Part shown: piece after piece, positions 1 to 11,779 of the stretch | Position numbering within the stretch: the first letter of the stretch is position 1 | Layout: each line of letters begins with the position of its first letter | Assembly (NCBI GenBank): GCA_964016885.1 | Contig: OZ024751.1 | Location: forward strand, 29,822,001-29,886,000 | Direction of reading: 5' to 3' | Length of the DNA: 64,000 nt | Source: Eledone cirrhosa | Taxonomy: Eukaryota | Position numbers and translations under genes: made by a program | Notes under the pieces: generated by a model | Databases searched by the model: none | Seen by the model: only the letters and a program-made list of their open reading frames with translations | What the model was told of the DNA's origin: nothing

Positions 1-190
1 TATATATATATATATAAATTTTAGTACAGCATCAACGAAGCTCTGGCAGCAGCCAAGCTAACGAATGCAGATTCAGTGTGCAGCTAAGCACTCAATGGAG
101 AATATTACCCCAGAGTAAACATTATGTTTAGACAGCTTTGCAAATCAAATACAGCGACCAAAAAAAACTGAACTCAGGAAAAATTTATAT

Positions 191-340
191 TTAATACAGC
201 CAATTATCCACACAATACAATATAGTTAGCACTCCAAACGTTTAATTGGGAATATACTCCGGTATTTCCTAATGTTTGTTGAATGAGTTGGAAATTGGTC
301 GGAGTGTCGCTAATAGCTTTGACCGTTTATGTAATTATGT
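191..340. repeat. Dispersed repeat; inverted copy at about 19497-19640
   Basis: TAATACAGCCAA...GCTAATAGCTTT matches the reverse complement of 19497-19640. Confidence 0.8.
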
Positions 341-737
341 AGTATACTCTTGGATCACCCACCAGACATGAACTTTCCCAATATAAGATATAACTCTCTT
401 TGTTTATTTTTTTTATATGAATATTGATTGTTTGTTCCTATATCTCATGTCTATTATTTTGCCTGAGAAAATATCTCTATGTGTCCTTAAACAGTGCACA
501 CATATATTTATTTTTTCATATCCAACTGAGTTATTCGCACGAGGCTTGAATTCTTGTCAGAGTTCAATGACCTGCGTGTGTATTATTTTTCATGGTAGCC
601 TCCTTCTCCCATTTTGAGGACAGTGTAAGATTTTCTTTTGAGCTGCTGGACTTACAACTTACAATAATAAAGATATTATTAATATTATTAATAATGCTGT
701 AATTTGAATTTGTTAATTTACAGGATTTTTTGTAGTT

Positions 738-843
738 GTCTCTGATGATCTGATTAAGCTAACATCGTATTTGAAATTGAGTGGCACTGCTTCTAGTGTT
801 CAGCAATTTTTAGACAACTTAATCAGTGAAACAATTGTTAGAC
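738..843 (+). ncRNA. Type I hammerhead ribozyme with extended stem II
   Basis: GTCT-CTGATGA-t-CTGATTAAG(750-758)...CTTAATCAG(818-826)-t-GAAA-CAATTG-TT-AGAC. Palindromic stem III ACAATTGT; AATAAA just downstream. Confidence 0.65.
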
Positions 844-904
844 TGTAAATAAATCCCTTTTTTTGTACTGTTGACCCTGTTATTCTTCACTTTTTCAATT
901 TTAT

Positions 905-1095
905 ATTGGATTCGCAATCATGAGGTTGTGAGTTTGATTCCAGAACCGGGCGATGCATTATATCCTTGAGCAAGACACTTTATTTCACATTGCTCCTTCT
1001 ACCTGGAGTTGTGACCGATAGATAGTATTAGCAATTGGAAAGACCAATGGAAACATTGTTTCCTCGGTCCAATTTGACGAAAGTCGATCGTTCCT
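905..1095 (+). mobile_element. tRNA/CORE-like SINE variant
   Basis: GAGTTTGATTCC...CCTTGAGCAAGACACTTTATTTCAC followed by a body shared with the minus-strand copy at 40040-40250. Confidence 0.75.
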
Positions 1096-1217
1096 TTATA
1101 TATATATATTTATTTATTTATTAAAATAACAGAACCTTCTTTGGATTTTAGTCTTCACATTTATTATTATTACTATATATATAAATTATATTTTAACAGT
1201 CTGCTTCTCTTTCTTCG

Positions 1218-1283
<66 letters not shown>

Positions 1284-1467
1284 AGTATTAAGGTGGTAGC
1301 ATGCCTCTGGTCACATTTTTCATTGTGTCACGTTACCTAACTTATGTTAATTACTCGGTGCATTAATTTATTGATTTCTTCTCATTGAGTGCTTCGTGGC
1401 AGCCTCCAAAAGATTGATTGCAAACCTGCTACTTGCAGCTGCAACTTCGGTTATACTCACTATTATT

Positions 1468-1590
1468 GGTCTGAGTTCAAATCCCGCCGAGGTTAACTTT
1501 GCCTTTCATCCTTACGGGGTTGATAAAATAAAGTACCAGTAATGCACTGAGGTAATTGCTGGCCTTGTGCCAAAAGTAGAAATAATTATT
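1468..1590 (+). mobile_element. SINE family 2, 5'-truncated
   Basis: Same B box, body and tail as the 19209 copy. Confidence 0.85.
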
Positions 1591-1711
1591 ATATATAGTA
1601 TATAGGTAACTGAGACTGCAAATTGTGTATATAATTTCACACATTTTTAGTATACAGACATGTACACATGACAAATATACATGTTTCATTATCAATTGAA
1701 AATATGATAAA

Positions 1712-1762
1712 TACATTAAATCAATTTTCGAACCTGATTGGATTCTCATCAGAAGCTATGTA
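1712..1762 (-). ncRNA. Hammerhead-like motif, degenerate stem I
   Basis: Reverse complement CTT-CTGATGA-GAATC caatca GGTTC-GAAA-ATTGAT-TT-AATGTA. Confidence 0.35.
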
Positions 1763-1921
1763 CCCCATCTAAATCACCAAAAGATTCAAAATTTGATTTA
1801 ATATATTTATTATTTTTTTAATTGCCAGAGAAATATATGTATTTAGCCTGGTTATATGTCTATATATTAAAAATATGTTAATTTATATATATGCATTTAC
1901 GCAATGCTGTTTATCTCTATA

Positions 1922-1982
<61 letters not shown>

Positions 1983-2156
1983 TACATACATATATACACA
2001 CATACATATATACACACATACACATACATGTATACACACATACACATGTCTTATAGACATATGCACACATATCCAAAACATACACAGAATAAAATCTTTC
2101 ATAATTTTTTTACTAAAGAAATATAATTTCAAAAAGTGTTGAACCCAATATATATA

Positions 2157-2198
<42 letters not shown>

Positions 2199-3439
2199 TG
2201 TGTGTGAGTGTGAGCATGTATACCTGTGTGTACAATAGTGTGTATTTATGTATATATATATATATATATATGTGTGTTTGTGTATATATATATATATATT
2301 TTTCCCTCTCATTTAATCTGTCACAGTCAGTCTCTTTTTCACTTCATCCTCTTCACCATTTTTCTCTATCTCCAAAGTACTTACTTACTGATGCCACAAT
2401 AACAGCAGCAACAGCAACAACAACAGAAGAAGAACTAGGAGAAGCATATCTCAGCTTCTGCACTATTTTTGCAATTGTCCATTCTGCGGTGGACTGAATT
2501 GGAAATCTGCGAAACACTCAATGAATGTTGCGACATGTACACCTATCTTTGTCTGTGATTATAGATAAGAAGAATTTCTATGCAATGCCTATTCTTGGCC
2601 ACCTATAGAACAGCTTTTAATATCAGCAGAGGTTGCTGTGGAAAATATTGTGGTATTTGCTCCACCATCACCACTACCTCACCTCAAGTTGCCCTGTATG
2701 GCCTCTCTCTCTTTCTCTCGCTCTCCAAACCCTCACCTCTGCCATCTACAATCCAGACTGGCCTTATTTTTCTCTGACATCATCAACCCTTAACCACCCC
2801 CTCTCTTCCTATTAAGCTTCACCCTCTGTTTGTGTGTGTTTATAATCTTTCATCTTTATGTGTGGACACAGAGTAAGAACGAATCAAGTACTGTTTGTGT
2901 TTCTGTGTCTATGACTGTAAGCTTTCCAAAATCCCATCACACTTTACATTACTACCACCACCTCTTCCTCTGTCTATCTCTCTATTCATTTATCTATCTA
3001 TCTTTATATATATATATGTGTGTGTGTGTGCGTGTGTATATACATATATATATATATGTACATGTACACACACATAAAGATATAACTGATGATGTATCTA
3101 TCTCTTTTATTGAGGTGTTGAAGTAGGTTGTGAGTGTGTGTGTGTATATATATATATATAATGAGAGAGGGAGAGAGAGAGAGAGAATGGCAGACAGACA
3201 GACAGATGGACAGCTAGATTCAGAGGCCTTCTGATGTGCTGACAAGATAATCTGCTTTTGGTTATTATTGCATGAATCAAATTCCCCGGGTAACATGTTC
3301 ATGGATAAAATGTGTTTGTCTGTCTGTCTGTGTTTGTATTTTTACAAATATGTATATATGTATATGTATTATTGTGTGTGTGTTTCAGTATGCATATATA
3401 TATATGTGTATATATATATATATATATTCATATATAATT

Positions 3440-4431
3440 AAGAATGTAGGATTCACATGCAGCAGCTGTGCTGAAACAGCAAGCAAACAGCCACAGGAAA
3501 CAAGTACCACCAATCTCTGGGAGGGCCCTGTAGAAACAGTAGACAGCTTCTGCTACCTAGGTGACCGAATTAGCAACGGAGGTGGGTGCTCAGAAAGTAC
3601 AATAACTAGGGTAAGAACGGGATGGAAGAAGTTTAGGGAACTACTACCACTGCTAGCTGCAAAAGGCTTCTCCCTCAGAATGAAAGGCAGACTGTATGAT
3701 GCGTGTATCCGAACAGCGATGTTGCATGGTAGTGAGACCTGGGCGCTGAAGGTGGAAGACTTACGTAGATTAGAGAGAAACGAAGCCTGCATGCTCCGAT
3801 GGATGTGTAACAGTAATATACGTGAACGACAAAGCATAAATGAATTGAGAGAGAGACTGAGCATAAGAGGAATCAAATGCTGCGTGCATGAGAGGCGGTT
3901 ACGCTGGTATGGACATGTGATGCGTATGAAGGATGACAGCTGCATAAAAAGGTGCAGAGCACTAGAAGTTGATGGAAACCGCGGAGTGGGGAGACCCAAG
4001 ATGACTTGGGATGAGGTGATAAAAGCCGACCTTACCCAACTACACCTCTCAAAGTCAATGACACACGACCGTGACTTCTGGCGTCACGCAGTAATACAGG
4101 GTACCCGACCTCCCATGGGTACATGCTGAAGCATATAAACGATATGCCCCCCCCCCCCCCCACCGCAAGGTGGTCGTGGAGGTGCCACGGCAAAAAAGCA
4201 CCCAGCCCACACTGTAAAGTGGACGTGTAGGCGCCACGAAAAAGCACCCAGCACTCACTGTAAATGAGGTTGGTGTTAGGAAGGGCATCCAGCTGTAGAA
4301 ATCAAGCCAGATCAGTTCCTGTATGAGCAAGGCATGGTCAGCCGACCAGACACTGCCCACAACAGGACAACCCGTCTAACCCATGCTAGCGTGGAAGAAC
4401 GGACGTAAAACGGTGATGATGATGATGATGA
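3440..4431 (+). mobile_element. 5'-truncated RTE-clade LINE: RT C-terminal ORF (to 4129), 3' UTR and (GAT)n tail
   Basis: Open frame with VDSFCYLG, KGRLYDACIRTAMLHGSETW, RRLRWYGHVMRM and GRPKMTW motifs typical of the RTE ORF C-terminus; tail CCCATGCTAGCGTGGAAGAACGGACGTAAAACGGTGATGATG. Confidence 0.92.
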
Positions 4432-4438
4432 TAAATAT

Positions 4439-4748
4439 GGAGGCACATGGCTTAGTGGTTAGAGCATTGACCTTGCAATCGAAAGGTTGTGAGTTCAATT
4501 CTCAGACCGGGCGATGTGTTGTTTCCTTGAGCAAGACACTTTATTTCACATTGCTCCAGTTTACTCAGCTGTAGAAACTGCAAAGTGGTTGTGGAGGTGC
4601 CACAGCAAAAAAGCACCCAGCACTCACTGTAAATGGGGTTGGTGTTAGGAAGGGCATCCAGCTGTAGAAATCAAGCCAGAATCAGTTCCCGTCCCACCCT
4701 TGCAAGCAGAGAAAAGTGGACGTAAAATGAAATGATGATGATGATGAT
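4439..4748 (+). mobile_element. tRNA-derived SINE, family 1 (CORE-like middle, RTE-derived 3' part)
   Basis: A box TGGCTTAGTGG, B box GAGTTCAATTC, CORE-like CCTTGAGCAAGACACTTTATTTCAC, (TGA)n tail. Confidence 0.85.
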
Positions 4749-4834
4749 ATATATATATACAGGGTGCGGACGATATTTGTTCTAGGAAAAGTGGACGTAA
4801 AATGAAATGATGATGATGATGATATATATATATA

Positions 4835-5164
4835 CAGGGTGCGGACGATATTTGTTCTAGGAAAAAATAACACAGTAGTTTTATTTTTTAAGATATATTT
4901 ATCAAACTTCGGTCAGTTTGTCTTCATGACTTGTTCTTTCGATCTCACTCGATAAACCCGCCATTGGCTTTGATGACGGCCTCAAGGCGGCCTCGGAACC
5001 AGCTACAGGCCTTGTCACTGTCCCCCGACTTAGGCCCCTAAAGGCACTTGTGATCCTGGCCTTCAGATCGTCTTTCGTATTGCAGCTAGATCTGTTGGTG
5101 TCTCGTTCCACTGCGCCCCACACAAAGAAGTCGAGGGGTTGCAGTCAGGTGAACTGGGAGGCCA
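4835..5164 (-). mobile_element. Tc1/mariner (maT/DD37D-like) transposase 3' remnant with terminal CAGGGTG next to TA
   Basis: With two 1-nt frameshifts it translates WPPSSPDCNP(L)DFFVWGAVERDTNRSSCNTKDDLKARITSAF...(A)CSWFRGRLEAVIKANGGFIE*; TA|CAGGGTG terminus at 4835. Confidence 0.85.
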
Positions 5165-5412
5165 CTTTATTTCACATTGCACCAGTTTACTCAGCTGTAG
5201 AAATGAGATGATAGGAACTGGGGTCCCTATCATTCCACTGCAAAGTGGTCGTGGAGGTGCCACGGCAAAAAAGCACCCACCACTCACTGTAAATGAGGTT
5301 GGCGTTAGGAAGGGCATCCAGCTGTAGAAATCAAGCCAGAATCAGTTCCCGTCCCACCCTTGCAAGCAGGGAAAAAGCGGACGTAAAATGAAATGAAAAA
5401 TGAAATGAAATG
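5163..5412 (+). mobile_element. SINE family 1, 5'-truncated
   Basis: Matches 51065-51403 from the CORE-like segment through the tail. Confidence 0.85.
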
Positions 5413-5578
5413 AATATATATATTATAGATATATATATATATATATTATATATATTTTTTATATATATTTTTTATCTCTCAAATAATTTAATTAAGTTAT
5501 GAAATGTTGCTCTTGTTCTCTCATTTAAAGAAAAAAATAACAACTTTCTATGTAATTAAAATTGGTGTGTTTATAAAT

Positions 5579-5611
<33 letters not shown>

Positions 5612-5698
5612 CACACACATACACATATATATATATACACTCCTATATATGTGTACTGCTATGTGTGTTTGTGTGATGTCTGTATAAATATAGGTGTT

Positions 5699-5732
<34 letters not shown>

Positions 5733-5811
5733 CAGGGTGTCCCAAAAAAACGTATACACACTTTCATTACCTGGCAGTTGAAGTGTGTATGCATTTTTGG
5801 GGGACACCCTA
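5733..5811. mobile_element. Tiny Tc1/mariner-type MITE
   Basis: TIRs CAGGGTGTCCC / GGGACACCCT(A) extending about 30 bp inward; second copy at 18662. Confidence 0.8.
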
Positions 5812-6539
5812 TATATATATATATATGAATGTCTGTGTCTATGCATTAGGTATGCATGTGTATATACAGATATATGACTATGTATGTTCGTCTATGTAGC
5901 AATATTTACATTGTCCTGCACTAACAATATATCCCAGAGCTTTCTGGTTCTCCTGAGATCGGAGGTGCTAATGAATAGTTAGACATAAGTTCAGTATAAG
6001 GATGGAGGGCAGCTACCCATAGATTGTTGCCTCAAAAAAGTCTTGTCCAACCCATGCCAACATATAAACAGTTCATATGTAAATGTGATGATGGTGATGA
6101 TGATTATGTATATGTGTATTTATGTGTGTATAAATATGTAAAATGTTTTGTCGAACCCATGCCAACATAAAGACAGTTCATATGTAAATGCAATGATGAT
6201 TGTGTGTGTGTGTATGTGTGTATTTATGTATGTTTAAATATGTAAAATGTGTTGTCCAACCCATGCAAATATGAAACAGAACATATACATGTGATGATGA
6301 TGATGATGGTGGTGTGTGTGTGTGCGTGTGATGTATATTTCATACAAATATGTTTTATATTTTATATTAGTACTTATGAATGTGTATATTAATATATACT
6401 CCACATATATACACACGCTCGCACACATGTGTGTACATAATTATGTGTATGTACATATATATATATTATATATATATAGAGAGAGAGAAAAAGATAGATA
6501 GATAGATGCTTGTGTATATATATATATATATATATATAC

Positions 6540-6830
6540 ACAATATTAACAAATGGAAACTATATTTAGAAAACCATATTTATTTCATTATACATATTTC
6601 AAGGACACCAAGTTAAATTATGGTGTGCTTTCATCACTATCATTACTATCCGGGAGCTTCCAACAGTAATGGTTGCATTCTTTAAGGGTATGTCAATATT
6701 TATTTATAAAACTGCTTTATATTATATTTTATCTGATGAAAGCACACCATAATTTAACTTGGTGTCCTTGAAATATGTATAATGAAATAAATATGGTTTT
6801 ATAAATATAGTTTCCATTTGTTAATATCGT
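6540..6830. repeat. Inverted repeat, 97-bp arms (6540-6636 / 6734-6830), probable Penelope-like pLTR inversion
   Basis: Arms are reverse complements with about 2 mismatches; both carry the hammerhead sequence, but the left arm lacks C3 and the 5' strand of stem I. Confidence 0.85.
6719..6794 (+). ncRNA. Type I hammerhead ribozyme, Penelope-type short palindromic stem III (family A)
   Basis: ATATTATATTTTAT-CTGATGA-AAGCACACCA...TGGTGTCCTT-GAAA-TATGTA-TA-ATGAAATAAATAT. Stem II is 10 bp with one C-C mismatch; AUA triplet, predicted cut after 6781. Confidence 0.75.
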
Positions 6831-6912
6831 ATTTTTACTCCAATTATTTGTTGAGTGCTTTATATCAGTTATAAAAATATTTGCTTGTTGTATCCCAACA
6901 ATTTAAATAGAA

Positions 6913-6978
<66 letters not shown>

Positions 6979-7036
6979 TCTATACATTTAGAGAGATAGA
7001 AAGACGTGTGTATGTATATATATATGTATGTGCGTG

Positions 7037-7079
<43 letters not shown>

Positions 7080-7442
7080 CTAACATCTATTCATATATTA
7101 GTGTGTACATACACACTAATATTCTTTTCACTAATTAAACAAAAAAATTTTATTTTATTTATATTTATATTTATTTTTATTTTTATCTTCTTATTATATT
7201 TCTTTATTTTCAATCTCTGAATTGACAGTGAAGTTGGTTTATTGATAAATTCTAAATGTCAGTAGTAATAGTACCAAGGGAAAGAATCATGTATTTGTTC
7301 TAGCCATGTTCTAGCCACTAATGCTACTATTTTGGTATAATGGTGCCGCTTGCTAGAGCCACTGGTTTGCAGTCTACTTTCACTTTCTCTTTCAGACAAC
7401 TTCAGCTTATCTCACTAACCTTTTTCATAGTCAAATTATAAC

Positions 7443-8600
7443 CCTCTCTCTCTCTCTCTCTCTCCTTCTAACACACACACTCTCTCTCTCCTTCTCACAC
7501 ACACACTCTCTCTCTCCTTCTCACACACACTCTCTCTCTCTCTCCTTCTCACACACTCTCTCTCTCTCTCTCTCCTTCTCACACACACACTCTCTCTCCT
7601 TCTCACACACACACTCACTCTCTCCTTCTCACACACACACTTTCTCTCTCCTTCTCACACACACACACTCTCTCTCTCCTTCTCACACACACACTCTCTC
7701 TCTCCTTCTCACACACACACACACTCTCTCTCCTTCTCACACACACACTCACTCTCTCCTTCTCACACACACACACTCTCTCTCCTTCTCACACACACAC
7801 TCACTCTCTCCTTCTCACACACACACTCACTCTCTCCTTCTCACACACACACTCACTCTCTCCTTCTCACACACACACTTTCTCTCTCCTTCTCACACAC
7901 ACTCTCTCTCTCTCCTTCTCACACACACACACTCTCTCTCTCCTTCTCACACACACGCATACTCTCTCTCCTTCTCACACACACACTCTCTCTCTCCTTC
8001 TCACACACACACTCTCTCTCTCCTCACACACTCGCACACTCTCCTTCTCACACACACACACTCTCTCTCCTTCTCACACACACACTCTCTCTCTCCTTCT
8101 CACACACACACACTCTCTCTCCTTCTCACACACACACTCTCTCTCTCCTTCTCACACACACACTCTCTCTCTCCTTCTCACACACACTCACTCTCTCCTT
8201 CTCACACACACACTCACTCTCTCCTTCTCACACACACACTTTCTCTCTCCTTCTCACACACACACTCTCTCTCTCCTTCTCACACACACACTCTCTCTCT
8301 CCTTCTCACACACACACACTCTCTCTCTCCTTCTCACACACACACTCTCTCTCCTTCTCACACACACACTCACTCTCTCCTTCTCACACACACACTCACT
8401 CTCTCCTTCTCACACACACACTTTCTCTCTCCTTCTCACACACACTCTCTCTCTCTCCTTCTCACACACACACACTCTCTCTCTCTCCTTCTCACACACA
8501 CACACTCTCTCTCTCCTTCTCACACACACACACACTCTCTCTCTCCTTCTCACACACACACTCTCTCTCTCTCTCACACACATACACACACACTCTCTCT
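7443..8600. repeat. (CT)n-CCTT-(CA)n minisatellite, about 24-26 bp unit
   Basis: Tandem CTCTCTCTCCTTCTCACACACACA. Confidence 0.95.
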
Positions 8601-8869
8601 TATATTGAAACTAATGCTATAGGCTTTACTGTCTCTCTTCCTCTTTCCTCTCTCTTTCTCTATCAGTAAATCTATCACTCTAAGCTTTCTAGTTACCCCC
8701 CCCCCCTCTCTCCCTGTCTTTCTAGTCAATCTAACTCCCACTTTACACCTAACATCTACATGTCACCCTACCACCCTCACCACCACTGCTTTCTTATGCT
8801 CTAAAACAAACACTATTCATTTTCCTTGCTTTGTAGATTTGAAAATAAATTTAATTTGTTCCCTCCCAC

Positions 8870-9215
8870 TCCCATGTTGGAAGGGACTTACTACACACCC
8901 TTCATGCTGGAAGGGTACTCCCTGCTCCCTTGTTGGAAGGGTACTTGCTACCATCAACTCCATGCTGAAAGGGTATTCCCTGGCCCCATGCTGAAAGGGT
9001 ACTTACTACACACCCCTCGTGCTGGAAGGGTACTTATTACACCCCTCGTGCTGGAAGGGTACTTACTACACCCCCTCATGCTGGAAGGGTACTCACTACA
9101 CCCCCTCATGCTGGAATGGTACTTACTACACCCCCTCATGCTGGAAGGGTACTCACTACACCCCCTCATGCTGGAATGGTACTCACTACACCCCCTCGTG
9201 CTGGAAGGGTACTCT
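8870..9215. repeat. 30-bp minisatellite
   Basis: CTCATGCTGGAAGGGTACTCACTACACCCC tandem, about 11 copies. Confidence 0.92.
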
Positions 9216-9544
9216 CTTCCCTGTTAGTGTCATAATCCTTGACATTATCATATTATGGCCACTTTCCATGCTGGGATGGGTTGGACAGGTCTTCTTGGTT
9301 TGAGATTAGATGGTGCAGAGGACCACGTCTTGCTCATATGACTTCTACTGATTGATACAGCCCTTCACTTTACAGAATGTTACTAGTGGTTGCTATTATG
9401 AAGGCCATCCAGCAATAAAAACCAAGCCCAAAATATAGATCCATATGGACAAAATGTGGTCTCTGAATTTCACATCATAATGTGACAACCTATCTGACCC
9501 ATGCAAGCATGGAAGATGGATGTTAAACAATGATGTTTTATAAT

Positions 9545-9930
9545 AATAATTGTTTCTACTTTTGGCACAAGGCCAGCAATTACCCAGTACATTACTGGTA
9601 CAATATTTTATCGACCCCGTAAGGATGAAAGGCAAAGTGAACCTCAGCGGGATTTGAACTCAGAATGGCAAGGGCCGTAACTCTATGCGTCAAAGCAGAG
9701 CGTCCGATATTGCCAATCCACAATAATGATAATTATTGTGTACAGTTTACTGTTGATTTAATTGATTCTTCTCCCTAGTAGTCCACTGGTATTTGTTTTG
9801 TCAGACCAAGAAGGATAAAAGTTAAAGTTACATCTAACTTTAGTGGGATTTGAACTGAGAATGTTAAAATCTGTAACATAACAAATAAAGCAATGCATCT
9901 GTCTGGTGGTGTGACAGTTCTGGCAATCCC
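9545..9930 (-). mobile_element. Two SINE family 2 copies (second one degenerate)
   Basis: Reverse complement of the family 2 body (TCGACCCCGTAAGGATGAAAGGC...GGATTTGAACTCAG). Confidence 0.8.
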
Positions 9931-10151
9931 CCTGCCTAAACCTTATTAATAACAACAACAACAACTACTACCACAACAACAACTACAACAGCAACACTAT
10001 TAATTTCCTTGTGCTGTCAGAGGTAAAAGATCTAAGCAAAAGAGTTAATCTAAAAAGTAAAATAGGTTTGTTCCCAATCAGATTTTTAAACTATGACTTA
10101 GAGAGATCATTACCCAGCATGTTATTAAATAGATGAAGCAATTTGAAACAG

Positions 10152-10213
<62 letters not shown>

Positions 10214-10275
10214 TTATATAAATATGTGTATTTATATATAAAAACAAGTTAAAGTGAGTTTATAATACAACCATG

Positions 10276-10306
<31 letters not shown>

Positions 10307-11139
10307 ATAATGTATGTTTGTATTTTATATATCCCTTTTGCAGACTTCCCTTTCTGTTTTTTTTTATGTCTCATTATCCTTTCAAGTTTTTAAAAAAGAT
10401 ACATTTTATTTTATTTCATTTATTTTATTCTATTTTATTTATTCTTGCTTTAGTGGATAAATATATCATTTAGATCTCCATAATTAGGGAAGGATGAGAA
10501 GCAGTGAGGAGAAGAAGAAGAAGGAGAAGAAGAAGAAGAAGAAATAAAAAAAAACACTGCCAAAATATATACAGTTAAAAACTATCTAGTTTCTGTTTAA
10601 TTTCTTTTCGTTTTATAATTACATAAACATGCTTATTACATAAGGAGAAAGAGAGAAAAAAGACAATGAGAAAGAAAGCGAGAGAGAAAGTCAGAGACAG
10701 AGAAGGGTGGGGGATGTGTATAGTGAAGGAATGGTTTCTATTTATATTCCAACTATCCTTGGAATGAAAAAGGTTGATGAGTACTTCAAGAATCTTGAAT
10801 CTTAAATCCAAATAAACCAACCACACAATTGAATTGATGCCAGGGTTTAAAGATCTGTCACTTTCATTTCTCACCCAATTAAAATATTTGGGATACTGGG
10901 GGGAAAAACCCAGGGGTATATGAGTATAAAATGATTATATCTTGTCTTCTTACTTATATAAATTGTTTGCGGGGTGAGGCGGTGTTGGAGGCATGTTTTG
11001 TATGCTGCTCAGCTCGAAGAATGGAAATTATGTTGTTTTAGGTAGGAAGAAGTGTTGATGTTCATACATGTATGTATGTATGTATATGTGTGTATATGCT
11101 TTGTGCAGTGCCTTTGCTCACTATAAAAGCTTCACGGCA

Positions 11140-11356
11140 CAGGCATTGCTTTATATCTGGAGATCTCTCTGCACTTGTCGTCACATGGTACCATGGGCCC
11201 AGCACTGTCAATAATTGTCACAAGTGTAGTGTTTGTACCAGAGTTTTCAAGTCGCTGGCTGGACTAAAGTCACACTCGTTCAGCGCATTGGTAGGAGTTC
11301 TCCTACATGGATATAAAGTAGTGGCCGTACTCGAAAACGAGTTGGCAGCCACCATA
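11140..11356 (+). mobile_element. LINE 3' end with C-terminal zinc finger (RTE-like)
   Basis: HKCSVCTRVFKSLAGLKSH then GTGGCCGTACTCGAAAACGAGTTGGCAGCCACCATAT tail. Confidence 0.65.
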
Positions 11357-11418
11357 TGTGTGTATATATATAGTAGTAATAATTACAAAGATGAACATTC
11401 AAAGAGGGCTCGATAAGG

Positions 11419-11464
<46 letters not shown>

Positions 11465-11730
11465 TTTATTAAAATAACAGATTAAAGTTTAAGCAAAGAA
11501 TCGCTGCTTTCACCCTTAACGGGATCTTCTGAAAGCAGCGATTCTTAAACTTTAATCTGTTATTTTAATAAATATTTGCTCTAGGGTTCTTATATATTTG
11601 ATATATATTTATCCTTATTGAGCCTTCTTTGGATTTTAGTCTTCACATTTATTATTATTACTATATATATAAATAAATAAACAGATTAATTAAAGATGGC
11701 GTAATATACAATACAACAGGAGGAAACATA

Positions 11731-11779
11731 ATAGCACCACTGACGATGTTGCAGATGTGCAACGAAAGAACTTTGTTAG
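11731..11779 (+). ncRNA. Hammerhead-like motif, weak stem I
   Basis: CTGACGA-t-GTTGCA gatg TGCAAC-GAAA-GAAC-TT. Perfect 6-bp stem II; stem I imperfect. Confidence 0.4.

Noticed and set aside
2455-2700. Unique sequence with a CxCxxC reading (FCNCPFCGG)
   Set aside because: In-frame stop, no recognisable family and no clear splice pair.
4439-4510. tRNA gene
   Set aside because: A and B boxes are present, but it continues into the SINE body in every copy and has no complete acceptor stem.
8826-9303. Repetitive ORFs (YTPSCWKGT)n
   Set aside because: 30-bp minisatellite open in several frames; no convincing splice signals or domain.
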